Origin: Lottia gigantea
Taxonomy: Eukaryota
Direction: 5' to 3'
NCBI RefSeq assembly: GCF_000327385.1
Contig: NW_008709380.1
Span: 1,401,552 to 1,465,551 of the forward strand
DNA: 64,000 nt
How positions within the stretch are numbered: position 1 is the stretch's first letter; each line of letters opens with the position of its first letter. The translations under genes were made by a program, and so were the position numbers. The notes beneath the pieces are model-generated. The model was not told where the DNA came from, ran no database searches, and worked only from the letters and a program-made list of their open reading frames with translations. Of this stretch, positions 63,541-64,000 are shown piece after piece.

Positions 63541-64000
63541 AAAAAATTATAGATTTCTATATAGCTCTACAATTGATGTATTGGGTACTATTTTAACAGT
63601 GATATTTTTATATCGCTCCACACTTGATGTATTGAGCACTATTTTAACAGTGGTATTTTTATATCGCTCCACACTTGATGCATTGAGCACTATTTTAACA
63701 GTGATATTTCTATATCGCTCCACACTTGATGTATTGAGCACTATTTTAACAGTGGTATTTTTATATATAGCTCTACAATTGAGAATTGAGAACTATTTTA
63801 ACAGTGGTACTTGTATTTCTATCGCTCCATAATTGATGTATTGAGTACTATTTTAACATTAGTACATGTATTTCTATCGCTCCACAATTGATGTATTGAG
63901 AACTATTTTAACATTGGTACATGTATTTCTATCGCTCCACAATTGATGTATTGAGAACTATTTTAACAGTGGTATTTCTATATTGCTCTACAATTGATGT
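63541..64000. repeat. Satellite-like tandem array with a 51-57 bp unit (ATATCGCTCCACACTTGATGTATTGAGCACTATTTTAACAGTGGTATTTTT), at least 8 copies, continuing past the window end.
   Basis: Directly visible. Units differ by a few substitutions or indels, for example CACACTTG versus CACAATTG and GTATTTTTAT versus GTACATGTATTTCT. ORFs 63547-63741 and 63581-63832 are artefacts of this periodicity. Confidence 0.85.

Noticed and set aside
63541-64000. Regularly spaced direct repeats that could superficially resemble a CRISPR array.
   Set aside because: Units are contiguous 51-57 bp monomers with no unique spacers between them, they are AT-rich, and the context is eukaryotic. This is a satellite or minisatellite.

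Overview
This window is eukaryotic DNA, probably from an AT-rich invertebrate (protostome-like) genome. It has about 65% A+T, spliced genes with GT-AG introns, and many degenerate tandem repeats and retroelement remnants. I found no bacterial operons or defence islands.

What I can support:
- **C2H2 zinc-finger ORF** at 451-960 (+), with five fingers joined by HTGEKPY linkers. It may be partial.
- **Degraded Penelope-like retroelement** at 6260-7407 (-), with reverse-transcriptase motifs and a C-terminal GIY-YIG endonuclease split over three frames.
- **tRNA-Lys-like A-box fragment** at 5894-5910 (-), possibly a SINE head.
- **Two-exon gene for a thyrotropin-releasing-hormone-receptor (TRHR)-like class-A GPCR**. 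Exon 1 is 16992-17804 (+) and exon 2 is 27563-27817 (+), separated by a ~9.8 kb intron that falls at the start of TM6. I recall that vertebrate TRHR genes split in the same place.
- **A ~560 bp GC-rich island at 31424-31982 bounded by ~22 bp imperfect terminal inverted repeats.** It is packed with perfect palindromes, carries five copies of GTTCGGCAAT, and contains a truncated Myb/SANT-like ORF. I read it as a Harbinger/PIF-type non-autonomous DNA transposon.
- **An ~84 bp inverted-repeat pair** about 1.9 kb apart (44308-44391 and 46295-46379).
- **Two-exon gene on the minus strand** at 51481-51517 and 50527-51173. It encodes a ~227 aa strongly acidic, Asn/Asp/Glu/Thr-rich, probably disordered protein with an N-terminal MGSASSKS myristoylation-type motif.
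- **Multi-exon zinc carboxypeptidase (M14A) gene on the minus strand**, with at least 10 exons between 57058 and 61451. It has a propeptide, all catalytic residues, and Asp at the S1' position (carboxypeptidase-B-like). It has an unusual ~35 aa Pro/Thr/aromatic C-terminal tail, and its signal-peptide exon was not found.
- **Repeats**: several degenerate minisatellites and a 51-57 bp satellite that runs off the window end at 63541-64000.

All coordinates come from hand reading and translation and may be off by a few bases. All family assignments come from recalled motifs and would need database searches to confirm.
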